Below, piece after piece: positions 49,660 to 61,350 of a stretch of 64,000 nt of DNA. The notes under the pieces were generated by a model. The model saw only the letters and a list, made by a program, of their open reading frames with translations. It had not been told where the DNA came from and did no database searches. Origin of the DNA: Camelus ferus. Taxonomy: Eukaryota. Each line of letters opens with the position of its first letter. Within the stretch, counting starts at the first letter, position 1. The position numbers and the translations under genes were made by a program. Where the stretch lies: NCBI RefSeq assembly GCF_009834535.1, contig NC_045696.1, forward strand, positions 118,174,001 through 118,238,000, written 5' to 3'.

Positions 49660-52600
49660 GGTTTAAAAATACTTAAGAATAATTTCAAACTTATGGAAGA
49701 GTTGTAACAGTAAGAATAGTATAATCTTTACCCAGATTCACCTACTGTTAACATTTTACCTTGTTTATCACGCAGGTGCTTCCCATCCCTTCCTCTCTCA
49801 GCACACGCGCACATGCACTCTCTCTCAATTATTTTTCCTGAATGGTTTGAACAGAGATTGCATTTATGTCTGAAAGTATGTCAGTGTATATTTCCTAATA
49901 GGGATGCTTTCTTCCATAACTATAGTACAATCATCAGGTTCAGTAAATTTAATACTAGTATTTAATCTATCATCCATATTCCAAATTTGTCATATAACCC
50001 AGCAATATTCCTATGTAAGCATTTTTTTCCCTTCGATGAGAATCCAGTCTAGGACCAAGGATGGTATTTAGTTGCCATGTCTCTTATGCCTTCTTTAATT
50101 TCAGATGGTTATATAGCCTTTCTTTGTGTTTTATGACATTGACATTTTTGAGTGATACAGTCCTTCATTTGTCTGTCTGTCTGTCTATCTGTCACTCCTC
50201 ATTTGGGATTGTCTGCTGTTTCCTCATGATTAGATTCAGGTTATTTATTCCAAACAGAATACCTTATGAATGATGTTGTAGCCTTCTCAGGATAGCACAC
50301 CTGCAGCAACGTTGGTAATGTTAATTTTGATCATTCAGCCAGAGTGTTATCAGATTCTCCACTGAAGAGTTAAAAGTGTTTTTTTTTTCTTCCCCTTGTA
50401 ACTATAATAAGCAGTCAGTGGGGAAACACTTGAAGATCATGCAAATACCCTGCTCAGCATCAAAATTTTCACCTAGATTTAGCATCTATTGATGATTCTT
50501 GCCTGGCACAGTGTTTTTTTTAAAATAATGACTGCAAACCGCTGACGTTCCAATTCCAGCCCTCCTTCCAGTTAGCATCAGCATTCTACTCTAAGCAGAA
50601 ACCATTCTGATTGACTGATTGATTGATTCACTTACTTAATCATTCACTCATTTATCTTGGTATGAGCTCAAGGATATCTGCTCTTTTCAATGGTTTATCA
50701 TTCTTTATTCAATTATTTGGGTGCCCAGATTGTCCAGGTTTGGTTAGTAGAAAGTGCAGGCATTCCCCCATCACATTTTTGAGTGCCTCCTTACTTTCTG
50801 GCAAAGCAAGATGTCACAGACTTACCTCTGATGTGTTCTACCCCTGTGGCTCTTGTCAACCATTTCTCTGAAGAGCTTGGATTGTCTTAACTGGAGGACC
50901 AAGCTCTGAGCACTAGTGTTCTGATTGCTTGTGGACTGCACTCATTGCTGTGGGTCTAGGCTTTTTAGAGGAGAGATCTAGGAAGCATAGGCATATGTAT
51001 ATGTACATTTATATTGATACATGCATATAAAACACAGACATTCATACTGATAGACATATATGTACACATTTTAGAGATCTTTATTCATACCGCTATCTTT
51101 AGTTCTAATCCATCTCCTGAGGGTTCTTGCTGGTTTTCCACTTTTCCATATTTATACATCCCTTCTTTCACAGGAAGAACACATTAACTTATTAACTTAT
51201 TTGTACAACTCAATAATAGATGTAAAATATTTCAGAATTGGTTCATTATAGCAGTGAAACAAACAAGTTTACTAGAAAGAGTTCAAGATTTGTTTGCAGT
51301 TCTCCCTCCTTGCCCCTGTGAGTACATATAATCAGTGCTGTCCTCATAATTAACTTGGATTTCTTCTTTCTTTTTTATCACTTAAGTGTGGATATGGTAT
51401 TAATTTGAAATATAACAATTGAGTTCACTCATTTTAGTTTTCTTTCAGCTTCATGTCCTTGTTGATTTAATTTTTTGAATATATAAAAAATTATTTACTT
51501 TTCCAAAAAATAAAATGGGATGAAAACATCCATCCATGTCCCTCATTTACTCCATCCTTTATAGGTAACCAACTTTACTGTTTTTTAATTCATCCTTCCT
51601 TTTATAAAGATAAGCAGAAAATTTTTCCTGCATTTTTTCTTATTTCCCCTTTCTTACTAAATGTAGCATACAATATATGTTCTTCTGCAATTTTTTATTT
51701 ATCAGTACCTCTTGGAGATCACTTCACATCAGTTTACAGAGATTTCTCATTCATTTTTACAAATGCTTACTACTTTATCTTGTGTATGTACCATTCAACC
51801 AGTCTCTTATGCATGGGTATTGAAAAAGTTCCCAATATTTTGCCATTACAAATAATGCTGTGCCAAGTATCGTCGTGTTTATGTATTTTCCTAATGTTGC
51901 CGGTTTATCCTCAGGGTAACCTCCTGGAAGTGGGCGCACTACTTCAAAGAGTAAATGCTTATGTAGTTTTATTGGACATTGCCCAGGTTGCTTGTGTGTG
52001 GTTGTACCATTTTGCATTTCCACTAGTAATGTCTGGGAGGACCTGTTTCCCTACAGCCTTGCCAACAGAGCATACTGTAGAACTTTTGAATTTTCCGCAG
52101 TCTGATAAATGAGAAATGGTGTCTCAGTGTACATTTAATTTCCATTTCATCTTACTATGAGTGGAGTTGAATGTCTTTTCATATGTTTAAAAGCCACTTT
52201 CGATAGGATGTTTGATCTTTTTGAAAGTTGTTTGTAGTGATATTAGCTATTTATCAGTGATGTATACTGCAAATATCTTCTCCAATTTATCATCTCTCTT
52301 TTGATTTTGCTTGTGGTATTTTTTCTGTCATGTAAAAGTTTTGTGTTTGTATTTTAGTTCTAGTTAGAAAGACTTTTATAAATTCCTAGCTTATAGGAGG
52401 AACTCAGCTTTTTAGAAAAGTACTTGTGTAGTTTCGTTTCTTTTTTTTCATTTAAATCTCTGATCCATTTAGAGTTTATTTTTGTGTGTGGTGTGAGGAA
52501 CAGATCAGATTTTTATCCCCCCCGCCAATGTCTATCCAATTGCTAAAAAGACCATTCTTGTTTTTTTTTTTTAATTGAAGAATAGTTGGTTTACAATGTT

Positions 52601-53900
52601 GTATTAATTTCTAGTGTACAGCGTAGTGATTCAGTTATACATACATATATTCCTTTTCATGTTCTTTTTCATTACAGGTTATTGTAAGATATTGAATATC
52701 ATTCCCTGTGCTATGCAGTAGGACCTGGTTTATCTATTTTACGTATAGTAGTTGGTATCTGATAATCCCACTTTATCCTTCCACCTCCCATTTCCCACCT
52801 TTCCCCCCACCCCTGGCCTGGTAACCATAAGTTTGTTTTCTATGCCTGTGAGTCTGTTTTGTAAATAAATTCATTTGTGTCTTTTTTTTTTTCTTTAAGA
52901 TTACACATATAAATGATATCATACAGTATTTTTCTTTCTCTTTCTGGATTACTTCACTTAGTATGACAATCTCCAGGTCCATTCATGTTGCTGCAAATGG
53001 CATTTTATTCTTTTTTATGGCTGAGTAGTATTCCATTCTGTATATATACCACAACTTCTTTATCCAATCATCTGTTGATGGACATTTAGGTTGTTTCCAT
53101 GTCTTAGCTATATTAAATAGTGCTGCTATGAACACTGGGATGCATGTATCAATGATAAAAAAAAGACTATTCTTGTACCAGTGTTCTGGGATGTCACCTT
53201 TATCATGGCTCAGTCTATTTTTGGACTTTCTGTTCTGTCTCATTGGTCTGTCTGTTCACCCAGCAGCACCATGCTGGCTTAATTGTAGAGGCCTTGTCAT
53301 ATGTTTTATTGTCTAGTATCTTTTAATGAGAGCTCCTCCCCCCCAATATCTATTTCTTTTTAACGTTTTCTAGCTTTACCTGAGCTTTTCCACTTGAACT
53401 TGAAAAACAAATTGTCGAACCCAGTTAAATCTGTAAATTTTTGACATATTGATGTTGAGACATCCTAACCAAGGACAACTAATTTCTTTTCAAGGCCTAC
53501 TTTTGTGTGTTTGAAAAGTGTTTATTCTTCTTCATGTAGGTTTTGTATATTTCTGTCTGTTTCTAAGTATTTAATATTTTTATTACTGTTTTAAATGAGA
53601 CTTCCTCATTATATATCCTAACTTTTTTTTGTATATGTGAGTGTTACTGATTTTTTTTGCATGTTTATTTTATATACTGCTACCATGCTGAATTCTTCTA
53701 TTTTTTTAAGTTTCATCATTGATTTTCTAGGACTTTCCATGTCATCTGCATCAAGTCATCTGCAAATAGTTTTCTTTCTTTTTTTTTTTTTTTTTTGTAC
53801 AATTCTAGTGGTTTGATTTTAATGACTAATATGTGCAGAAAAAAGTAACAGAGGTCATAGTGGGCATTCTTGCCTTATTCCTGACTTTAGTAGGGATGAA
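49660..53900 (-). mobile_element. Long old L1MC/MD fragment (3' UTR into ORF2), interrupted by a young L1
   Basis: Continuous antisense L1M motifs such as 'aatttcaaacttatggaagagttg', 'ccctttacccagattcacctactgttaacatttt'-like sequence and 'gttgtaccattttgcatttccactag'. ORF 51775..52023(-) retains decayed ORF2 motifs (ALFVMAKYW). Confidence 0.8.
52562..53150 (-). mobile_element. Young L1, 5'-truncated, nested in an older L1, with 17-bp TSD
   Basis: ORFs 52983..53243(-) and 52773..52982(-) encode the ORF2p C-terminus (DTCIPVFIAALFNIAKTWKQPKCPSTDDWIKKLW) across a frameshift. TSD aaaaagaccattcttgt (52545-52561) / aaaaagactattcttgt (53160-53176). Confidence 0.96.
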
Positions 53901-54029
53901 TGGTGTTACATTGAGAACTATCAGTGGAAGGAAAGAGAACTGCATGAGCTACTGCACTGTTCAAAGGGCTTCAGAGGCACTCGGAGCACTTATGTGTGTA
54001 TTTACGTGCACTGTCATGTATCATTGTCT

Positions 54030-55760
54030 ATTATAGCTCTCTTCCCTTTCACAGCCAAAGTTTTTGAAGGAGTTGTCCCTACCTGACCAACTGTTCCCTT
54101 TCACTTCCTCACCTCTCACTTTCACTCCTCAAACAATTCCAGTGGTTTCTCCATTGTCCAAACTAAAGCCACCTTCAAGACTTTATGTTATTAAGTGTAA
54201 TGGGGCGTTTCCCCCCTATCTTTGTCTTACTTTATTACTCTTCCTCTTAGTAGCATTCAGCATTGCAGACCATGCCTTCTTCTAAACATGCTTGCCCCCT
54301 CAGCTTCTGTAAAGTCGCATTCTTCTATTGTTCCCTGTCAGTCTTCTGGTTCTTCCTTCTCTACTTGGCTTCTAATGGCATGTTCTAGGCCTCTTGTAAA
54401 GGTTCTATTCTATCTTCTTTTTGAACTTTATGTATATTAGCTTTCTAAGCAAACATATGAGCTAAATTATCATTACAGTTATAGATAACTATTATAGTTA
54501 CTCTGAGAGTAACATCTCTAGTTTACACCTGTCTTCTGAGATCAAGATCTGCATGTCCACCTGACATGGTGTCCATTTCCACTTTGAATTTTCACAAGCA
54601 TTTCACAATATAAGTTTTAACCCCCCTCCTCAAATGCTTCCGATTTTATTTGACTGGGATCATTATATGTCTCATTGTAGAAGCTGGAAATCTGAGCATC
54701 TTCCTTGGTTCTTTTTCATTCATCATGTTTATCCACTGCATTATCAGGTTGTGTTGATTATCTCTCCACTCTCTAGTTCCCTCTAGCCCAAAGGAAAGGG
54801 AGACCCTGTCAACCAGAAGAAGCATCATGGGTAAAAGATAGAGACGCTATATTTGGTAGAAAAAAAATAGAGAGAGGGAGAAGAAGAGGGAAAGAGAGAA
54901 TATATAAAGTGGAGACATACAAGTAAGATTAGAAGTAACCTAACAGCTACATTGTCAAGGTTACTGATTGCAAGAATAAAGAATATGAGTGGCCACTGGA
55001 TGCTCATAGGTAAGTGAGATGATCAGATTACTTTTGCAGCACTTAGTAAGATTGGGGGAAAAAAGGGAAGGGACTGCAGATGGGAGGCTAGTTAGGAAGC
55101 TAGCAGTTTTAGCAGCTTTGTTAAGAGGTATTAAGTGCTTATTTTAGGACATGACATTGGAGAATGAAAAGAGACAAATTTGATTGATACCACAGTATTA
55201 TTCCGTAAGATTTGAAAACAAAGTGGATCTGAAGGTACAAAAGAGAATTATTAAAGACTCCAAGATATCCTTACAAAGTGAAGCAGGTGGAATAGAAAGT
55301 TTTGGAGAAAGTTACCAAGTTCTGCATTTGATATATTGTGTCTAAGGTGCTGATGTGGATGATCAGGTGGACACACTTAAGGATGACTGGACTTGGTAAG
55401 GAGGTTTCTTCTTCAGGCTGGCTCCATCCGATAGGTAGTGACTGTCCAGAGCAGCTTTGAGAAGTCATTTGAGGCATCATCCAACCAACTGGCAGCGTCT
55501 ACTTTGGGTGTTATGTACATGCCAGCTGTGGTCTTAGTTTTTGAGATCCAGGCCAGGCCTAGAGACATACATGAGGACAGAAAGTGATAGTTGCAGGCAT
55601 GGCATGAAATTTGAATGAGATTGCTAAGCCACAAAAAGGAAGATGGATGAAATGAGAAAGGACACAGCCAAAGGAAGATCTTGGAGAACCCCCTGTATGT
55701 TAGTAAGGCGGCAGCATCAGAAAAGGCTCAGAAATGAATGGGTCTACTGCTGGGGAAAAA
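54030..55760. mobile_element. Two opposed degraded L2 fragments (+ to ~54780, - thereafter)
   Basis: Abrupt switch from pyrimidine-rich L2-like sequence ('cattcagcattgcagaccatgccttcttc') to purine-rich L2-like sequence ('gggaggctagttaggaagct', 'ccaggcctagagacatac'). Confidence 0.55.
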
Positions 55761-55914
55761 AATTATAGAAACAGAGGAAAGAGAATTATAGGAAGGAGAT
55801 CTTGGATACTAAGACTGCAGAGAATGAAGGAGTATAAAGACGTGGGAAAGGACATTACAGTTGGCATTTGAGAGGACAATTTCAGTAATTTGAAAAGGGC
55901 AGGAGTTATTAAAA

Positions 55915-56520
55915 AAAGAGATTTGGACTTTTGTAAAGATAATGTTGAAGAAAAATGTCCCATAATCAAAGTGGGAAGAGTTTTTGAAAAGTTAAATAGG
56001 CAAATAATGCTAATATTTTGCTAAACTTTGAAAAAGTTTGTAAAATGTGAAATAAGTGACAATTTACAAAATCAGTCATGGATTGGAAACCAAATTAGCA
56101 ATAGGAAATGAAAAGTAAGGTGAGTAGGCCCTTTTAAATGGAATGGTATCTGTAAATGGTGGGAACCCTCTGGAAGCACGTAGTGAAACATTTCAGATTT
56201 TCACACGATACTCAGATGTGGGAAGCAAAATGCCGGGAAAACAAATGGTGAGGAATGAGTGCAGAAGTATCCCGAAGGCTGCGTGGTGGGCAGGGACCTG
56301 GCAAAGAGCTCTCATTTTCGACAGCATCAAAGTGATATTTTAAGTAAATTGGACTATTTTACTAAGAATAATGAGTTGTGACTGATTTATTCTGATATGG
56401 GAAAGAAATAGGATCTATTGGAAATATTTCAGAGTATACCTAGAAATACTGGCCTACTCTGATGATCTGGCCACAAATGGCAACTAAAAGAATATTTTAA
56501 TTAGAGCAGCAATTTGATAT
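55915..56520 (+). mobile_element. Heavily decayed CR1/L3 ORF2 relic
   Basis: Motif remnants in the expected order: LDFCK (~55923), WIGNQISNRK*KV (~56080), VNGGNPLE...FQIFTRYSDVG (ORF 56143; compare VTSGVPQG...LFNIFINDLDxG) and KWQLK (~56476). Confidence 0.55.
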
Positions 56521-56879
56521 AGGTCTAGAAAGTGATGAAAATGTAACCTATCTGAGAAAGGAGGTATGTTACCCCGTTGTTACCAAATGTTAGGGCTTAC
56601 CACTCTTGTAGTTCTGGTTGGTGACTCTTAATGAAGACTTAACCCAACTGCGGAAGACACAGAAAGGGAAAGAGAATCATGAATTAGGGAAACTAAACAT
56701 ATTAAATCAAAATCTGAAACCTTATTATGTATCCACCAAACTTCCAGAATATTCTCTTATTAAATCTAATAAAATGTCTGTTAATCTTGATGTCTTGACT
56801 GTTGTAACTGAAAAAATTACAACTTTGTTTCTTCCCTTCTTTATGCCTTTCATTTTTTATCTTACTGTGCTGTCTCGGA

Positions 56880-57140
56880 AGTTTTAGTACAACCTCTAGT
56901 AAAAGTGGTGTTAGTGGGCATCTGTGTCTTACTCTTTTTTAAAGGGCAATGCTCCTGATGTGTTACCATTATGTATGATGTTTGCTGTGGATTTTTGAAA
57001 GATGCATTTTACTCACTTAATCACTTTAAGGTAGTTTTCTTGTTTTCTGGTTAAAATGTGATTTTGATTTAAAAACCATGAATGGCACTGAATATTATCA
57101 AAATGTTTTCTTTTTCTGACTCTATGGCAATAGATGCTAT
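56880..57140 (-). mobile_element. Old L1 ORF2 fragment
   Basis: 'aaaagtggtgttagtgggcatc...gggcaatgctcc...accattatgtatgatgtttgctgtggatttttg' is the antisense L1 RT region. Confidence 0.75.
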
Positions 57141-57248
57141 AGTTTTGCTCCTAGTGGGTCGTATAACAGGCAACTGTTATTTTTGAATCTTTATTTTTAT
57201 TTTCTGTAAATAAAATAAATTTCTAATCTTCTGTATTTTTATTTTCTC

Positions 57249-57621
57249 CTCTTTCTTATTATGTTGCACAGTGTAGTCAGAGTTGGAATTTCCTGTTTTA
57301 TCTGAAGCTGTTGGTGTGTATTGGGATCCTTCTTTTGGGGGTCATGATATGATTTAGTAGTTTTGGGTTATTTGTCATTGTTGTTGAGTATAGAAATTAA
57401 TGTTTGTCAAAGTGTATGTTTGGATTTTAACGAAAAGATTTTTAAAATGTATGAGCTGAACCCTTATAAAGGTTTACTGTTTTAAAGTGCTATGTTTAAC
57501 TTTTCTCTTCTGAAGGACATTCTCTCATATTTAATTGTATTAAATTAAACATTTCTTATGCTAATTATTTTAATTTCATTCTGTTTTCCAAACATTATGA
57601 TATAAACTTTTCCATAAAATA
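57249..57621 (+). repeat. Local direct duplication, copy 1 (~370 bp)
   Basis: Colinear with 58437-58799, with shared blocks such as 'gttgcacagtgtagtcaga', 'ttggaatttcctgttttatctgaagctgttggtgt' and 'taaagtgctatgtttaacttttctcttctgaaggacattct'. Confidence 0.97.
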
Positions 57622-58436
57622 GTAAAAGAAAGCCTTCAGTAAACTTCATAAACAAAGAGATTGTTAGTCTGTTCTGCAAGAATTGAGCAGTCATTTTTCT
57701 GCTTGACTCCGGTACGTCCTGAATCCTGGGATTGTGGTAATGACTGTAGCTCTTCAGAAGTCAGCAAACAGGGGAGTCAGAGGGTCAGCTGTGAATTTGC
57801 AAATGTGCTCTACCTCTCTCTCCCTTTCAGCTCAACTTTGGTTTCTTTTCCTTCACAACCTCTGATAACTGCAGGTTTCAAATATAAAAAATAAAACATA
57901 TATAGTTAGGTTCAGTTATATTAAGTTATTAATCAGAATGAGTACAGAAAGTGGATAATGTGGATTCAAATTTATAGAGAATTTCAAGTAAAAGTGTAGG
58001 TCATAATGAAGGAAGGCTGTAAGTCCCCACACATTCATTATGTAAAATTTTAAAATGAATTAAATTTGCATTCCATTTTTATTCACTACTATATACAGAA
58101 ATTTTTAGAGTGCACACTAGATGTTATTGAGAAAATATTTTAAGTTGCAGTTTGTATGAATGGGTTATAACAATCTCAGTCTAATGATAGTCGTTTAAAT
58201 TTCTTGCAAATAACGACAGTGTAAAAAATTATTACTTTTTAAATAGTTACCTGGCTTTTTAGATCACTTCTCTTCTGTAGGATATTATCTGTGTATTACT
58301 TTCCAAAAGATATTCTGGAAGATACCTGATTTTAATCTAATAGCTATAGCAGTTTTTGCATGGTTAATCATTCTCCTCAGTAGAATTAAATTTACTGTTG
58401 GAGAGGAATTTGGTTAAGCCATTTCTTCTCAGTCTT

Positions 58437-58799
58437 CTCTTTCTTACTGTGTTGCACAGTGTAGTCAGAATTGGAATTTCCTGTTTTATCTGAAGCTGTT
58501 GGTGTACATTGGGATCCTTTTTTGGGGATCATGATATGATTTAGTAGTTTGGGGTTATTTGTTGTTGTTGAGTATAGAAGTTACCTGTTTGTCAAAGTGT
58601 ATGTTTGGACTTTAACAAAAAGATTTTTAAAATGTGTGAGCTGAACCCTTATAATGGTTTACTGTTGTAAAGTGCTATGTTTAACTTTTCTCTTCTGAAG
58701 GACATTCTTTCATAGTTAATTATTCAACATTTCTTATGCTAATATTTTAGTTTCATTTGTATATTCCAAAAATTATGATATAAAAATTCCCACAAAATA
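58437..58799 (+). repeat. Local direct duplication, copy 2
   Basis: Colinear with 57249-57621, with scattered substitutions and small indels. Confidence 0.97.
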
Positions 58800-61179
58800 A
58801 TTTCTAACTGTAATTTTCCATATTAAACTTCTGTATCAGTCCTTTATCTTACATTACCATTAATTATAATGTTCTCATGGCCCATATATTAGAGATAACT
58901 AAAGATTTGAGTAAAATAATAAAATAAAAATATTTGAGGGAAATTAAACTCTACTAAGAAGCTTATGATTGACTCTGAGGGGAAGGAGCAGAGAGGTGGG
59001 CACTAGGGTAGTGATGGAATAAGAGACCTATTTTTCTTGTGTTCTAGTCTATCATAGTTTAGAAGAGAGAGACTAGCAAGATAAATGTGCCTGGCACTAC
59101 GGAGCAGGCTGGTATGATTTATCATTTTCTTTCAGAATGTAATACAGTAGTCACAATAATTTGGTGAATGATCTTCGTCTTTGTGTGGAAAAGTCTATTC
59201 AGTATCATGGAAACATCTATTATTACACACGGCATAAACAGAATTTCTGTATTGCATTATTAGATGTTAACAAAGCCCCCCTTCTTTTTTTTCCCTTTTT
59301 TTTTTTTTTGCTTAACTCACAGAAACCTCATGAGATTGTCTGTTGCAATTGAGCATGTTAATATATACATGTTAATATTTACCATTATGCCTCCCTGAAA
59401 TAATACACACTCTATTGATCTGTAAATCATAGGAGTTGATAAAATGAACCCTATGTTTGCTGAACTTTGTTTTCCTACATGGTCAGATTTTCTGGTTACT
59501 AAAAGACTGTCCTTATTCCTTTGAAAAATACTTGGTCTGTTTTCTGTGCCTAAATTTCTTCTTCTGATCATAATTTAACCTTTGTGGGATAATTAAAATG
59601 GTATTGTAGGTTGAGAAAAATCAAAGCTCTGTTGAGCAGAATTCTAGTTGCTAAAAGCTAGGTAAATTAGAAATTTTTAGTGTATGTAATTCATTTCTGC
59701 AAAGACCTGAAGTCCTGAAAATTTTGGGATTTTCTTATGTTCATTGTCCTCAGACTGTTGTAAATTTGCTTATGTATGTTTGAATTGCGTGGTTTTGTAA
59801 AAGTATATAATGTTATGTTACTAGTATTTATTGTAGTTTAAGAGCTTGACTCTAAAAAAATTAGTTAATAATCGCTCATTCATGCAAAGACACACTGAGA
59901 TTGTTAATTATATGAAGCTGGGAAGACCAGTCCATTGGAAATGCAGCTCAGCTGCTTTGCGAAAAGGTTTTGCTCTGATGAGAGGTTTTTGTTTAAGAAG
60001 AAAGATTAGCCCTGAAGAGAACTGTACCAGTCTATAGATGGATGTTTTGGGCACGTGGAAACCTCAGTTGAATTCAGAATATCATGGCTTAGCAAATTGA
60101 TAAAGTTATGTTAAATGATTTCTAGGTACCAGATATTGGATCCTAGAAATAGAGCTCCAAATAGATTAAGCTGCTAAGGGTCAGAATAGAGGAATCACAG
60201 TTAAAAAAAAAAAATACACCACAATATTTTTTGAACTTAGTCTTTATTTTTAAAAATTCTCATACTTGAGAATTAAAATCTATTTACTAAAAATAATTTA
60301 TATGTAACATAATGTATACATGATTGAACCTTATTACCACAGCGCTTTGTTTTCTGGTCAACATTATTCCTCTGAGAGCTAGAAGAAGTGGCTTAATCTA
60401 AAACTTACTGCCCCTTTTAAACTTATTCTGACTGAGAAATTCTGTTAGGTGTCAAAACAAGTCTAGCCCTCTGGCAATAGTGACAAGTTCTTCATAAGGA
60501 AATTCTGGAATTGCCTTTAGAAAGTACTTTAATGATCTCTTCGGAACCCTTTCCAATTGGTTATGTCAACTTTGGGAGTGGGGTAGGGTGGGCCAGGTCT
60601 GAATTTTCTGGAAGATTTGCTATCGTATATTCTTAGTATAGTACTTTTCTGGGATTTATGTATATTCATCTCATATTTATATTGAGACTAAGGGTGTATT
60701 TTGGCTTTGTCTGGCCACCTGCACAGTGGGTTTAGGGATATTTGAGAAGGAATACCATTTAAAAAGTCTGATTCTCAAATGTATATGTACTTATGGTCTG
60801 TCAAGGATAACATGTTAAAAACTATCTGGGAATTAGTTGTTTAGAAAGTTTAATATTAAAGTAATGCCTGTCACATTGACTGAAGCCCAGAGCTTGGCTA
60901 AGTACATTTTCAGAGAGCTTTTTTGTAGTACTGATTCCAAGAGATGATGTATTTTGGAGTGAAAATCAGTGAGAAAAATGGATGTCTGAGTTCCATGAGG
61001 CACAGATTTCTGTGTTTGTGTCCCCCTGATTATAGGGGACACAAACCTCACTCTCAGTGGTAGGTTTCCAAGGCACTGCAATGAGATGTAGAGATAAAGG
61101 AGTCGTGTTAATTCACCACATGATTTTGACTTACATTATTCATAGATAAACTTGAAGGCCTTATGATGATGTGTGAAGG

Positions 61180-61350
61180 CTATGGCTTGTGGAGTGTCAC
61201 AGATCTGAGTTTAAATACCATCTATTAACTGTGCGATATTAAATACATTTGCTTACCAGTGCATACATTTTTTCACCTGTATGAGAGAGAATACTAACAA
61301 GATGTTTGCACAGAGCTGTTATGAGAATTAAATACAATGACATTTTCTAA
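61180..61350 (+). mobile_element. MIR SINE fragment
   Basis: 'tggagtgtcacagatctgagtttaaat...tttttcacctgtatgagagagaatactaac...cacagagctgttatgagaattaaat'. Confidence 0.7.
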
